NCBI GenBank assembly: GCA_021613535.1
Contig: CP075493.1
Coordinates: 14,818,001 to 14,882,000, forward strand
Source of the DNA: Adineta vaga
Lineage: Eukaryota; Animalia; Rotifera
DNA: 64,000 nucleotides
Direction: 5' to 3'
Under the pieces are notes generated by a model, which did no database searches, was not told the origin of the DNA, and was given only the letters and a program-made list of their open reading frames with translations. Positions 62,150-64,000 of this stretch are shown piece after piece. Every line of letters starts with the position of its first letter. The stretch's first letter is position 1. The position numbers and the translations under genes were made by a program.

Positions 62150-63359
62150 TCTTCACTGCAGAAACAATACAAGAATAAGAAGTTGAAGAAGGAGATTAGA
62201 CAACATTTTTCTTTGATTTTTATACAAGAGAAACGCCCTTTAGTCTCACTAAATAACGGCTGTACTTTAGTGATGGTGATGATGATGATGATGAATGATG
62301 CATACGTTTCCTTCCTCAATCTTCATCTTTCTTAATGAAACGACCAAAAGTCATATAATATCTACCCTTTTCTTGTTGTTCATAGAATATAAATAGACAT
62401 GAGTTTAACAAACTCGAAGTCTGGATTAGTCATGTGTGATCAGTTGAGACGAGGAGAACAGTCTTTGTTTTTCTCCTTTATTCGCCAAGAAACATATAGA
62501 AGCGATTAACTGTTAAATTAAACTGTTTTTCACATATGATATAAATCCTCGTAGATCATCGAAATGTACAAAAAAACTATCCACTGTTTTCGTTTCTTTC
62601 TCTATCTTTATTACTCGTTAATTTTTCCCTTTGGTTCTTAATCCGTTGGATACCATAAAGTGAAACAAATCTCATGTTGTTTGTTATATGTATTTTATTC
62701 AAGAGAAACGAAAGATTTTTTCGACTTAATTTCTGAGAAAAAGACAAATATTGAACAACTTTTTCATTTGAATTCAATTGAAAAGAAAACGAATCAACCA
62801 AAGGTATCGTGATTTATTTAGTATTTTTTTTTTTCTTAAATAAAAAAATCAAGAATGTGTGGAGAGATAAGAATGTAATATGTTATTCAATTATAACCTT
62901 AAAACAAGACATCAATCGACGTGTTACTGAGAAAATGAAAACAATATGATATTTGTTTGAGAAAAAGGATAATCATTGTCAATCAAATTAAAATGTATTT
63001 CATTTTCTTTATCGAATATGTATTTCTTAAAAAGAAATGAAAATCAAACAATCTGTTATTGAAAACGAAAAACAGTTACAGATTTTCTATTCTTTTCATG
63101 GATAGATTGAAACTTGTTAACTTTATCGATAAGAATTGATCTATTTTCAAGATATCATTCGTTAGAATAAAATAATCTTTTGTTTTCGTATAGTTGAATC
63201 GTCTAAACTAAACTTTCGATTGTTGAAAAATATATATTTCCGAATCAGGTCACAATGATATTTGTTGGTGTGATAATCTTTTTATTAATTAATTCAGTAA
63301 GCATTTTATTTAGGAAATTTATTTATTAAAAAAAAACAATTTTTTGTGTTTTATAGTCA

Positions 63360-64000
63360 ATGACTATAAATGGTGATGAATATGAAGATGATGATTATAT
63401 AGAGAATCGGATTTCATTTTCTGAATTATCATCAATGATTTCAAATGTTAAAATAGAAAATGATCAATGTGAATTTCAATTGACACGTGAAATTTTTTGA
63501 TTATTGTCAAAATGAAATATTAATTAGTGAATTAACAGAATTCAAAACAATTCTTTATATAAAAATGATCTATTATGATCAAAATGATGATGTTATTGTT
63601 GATGATGATGGAAATTCACTTGAATGTACATCAACGATTCATGATTTTGGACATTTGTTGAATTTATTCGATCAAGAATTTTCTTATTTTATGTAAAATG
63701 TCTTTTATATTTACAACCAAATTCAAATTTTAATTTACAAAATCTTTTTTTTCATTTTCCATCTTCATCATCAACAACAACAGGTAAGAAGAAATGAGAA
63801 ATATTAAGTAGAAATAGTTTATCGATTATGTTACAGGTACAATCAATGGTCCGACAATATTTTCAATCGATTTCAATGTTCAAACTTATATTGTATCAAT
63901 CAAATGTCCATTCAAATATACTTGTATGTGGTTATTCGATGGTCATGTTATCTGTCCAAGATCAGATACTCGGGTTAATTTAACATTTGATCAAACTTTG
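63360..64000 (+). pseudogene. Disrupted acidic coding remnant of unknown function, truncated by window edge
   Basis: ATG at 63360 (MTINGDEYEDDDYIENR...) breaks at a T-run near 63493, continues in a second frame to a stop, and is followed by a GT-AG intron 63784-63836. Confidence 0.3.

Overview
This is AT-rich eukaryotic genomic DNA with short (~45-90 nt) GT-AG introns. The gene families (receiver-like/ADP-ribosyltransferase/TPR proteins, FG-GAP, NHL and kelch repeat proteins, F-box/LRR, ERH-type GPCRs, an intronless bacterial-type hydrolase) and TGTGGG telomere-like hexamers point to a bdelloid rotifer (inference). The window is a gene-dense, fast-turnover accessory region. It holds a divergent 6-exon Argonaute with a DEDD tetrad, a secreted 8-Cys peptide, Ly6/three-finger-like genes (one separate locus plus a 3-copy tandem family), a triple-domain trypsin-like protease, a catalytically dead GPI-type cathepsin, an F-box/LRR gene, four members of a receiver-like/ART/TPR family, a VIT-vWA gene with Pol II CTD-like heptads, and a PARP relic missed by the ORF track. 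It also holds kelch, NHL and FG-GAP membrane proteins, an HDAC plus a duplicated HDAC fragment, a secreted helical pore-forming-toxin-like protein, three GPCRs, a prion-like low-complexity gene with a decayed duplicate, an alpha/beta hydrolase, a PAN-LamG protein, a 269-bp TIR MITE and a non-autonomous Helitron. The most unusual signal is a recurring ~65-70 bp intergenic cassette of head-to-head telomere-like arms (G-rich arm, variable spacer, C-rich arm) at gene boundaries. Many genes carry single frameshift or nonsense lesions. All gene models were assembled by eye from splice signals and motif recognition; no database search was run.
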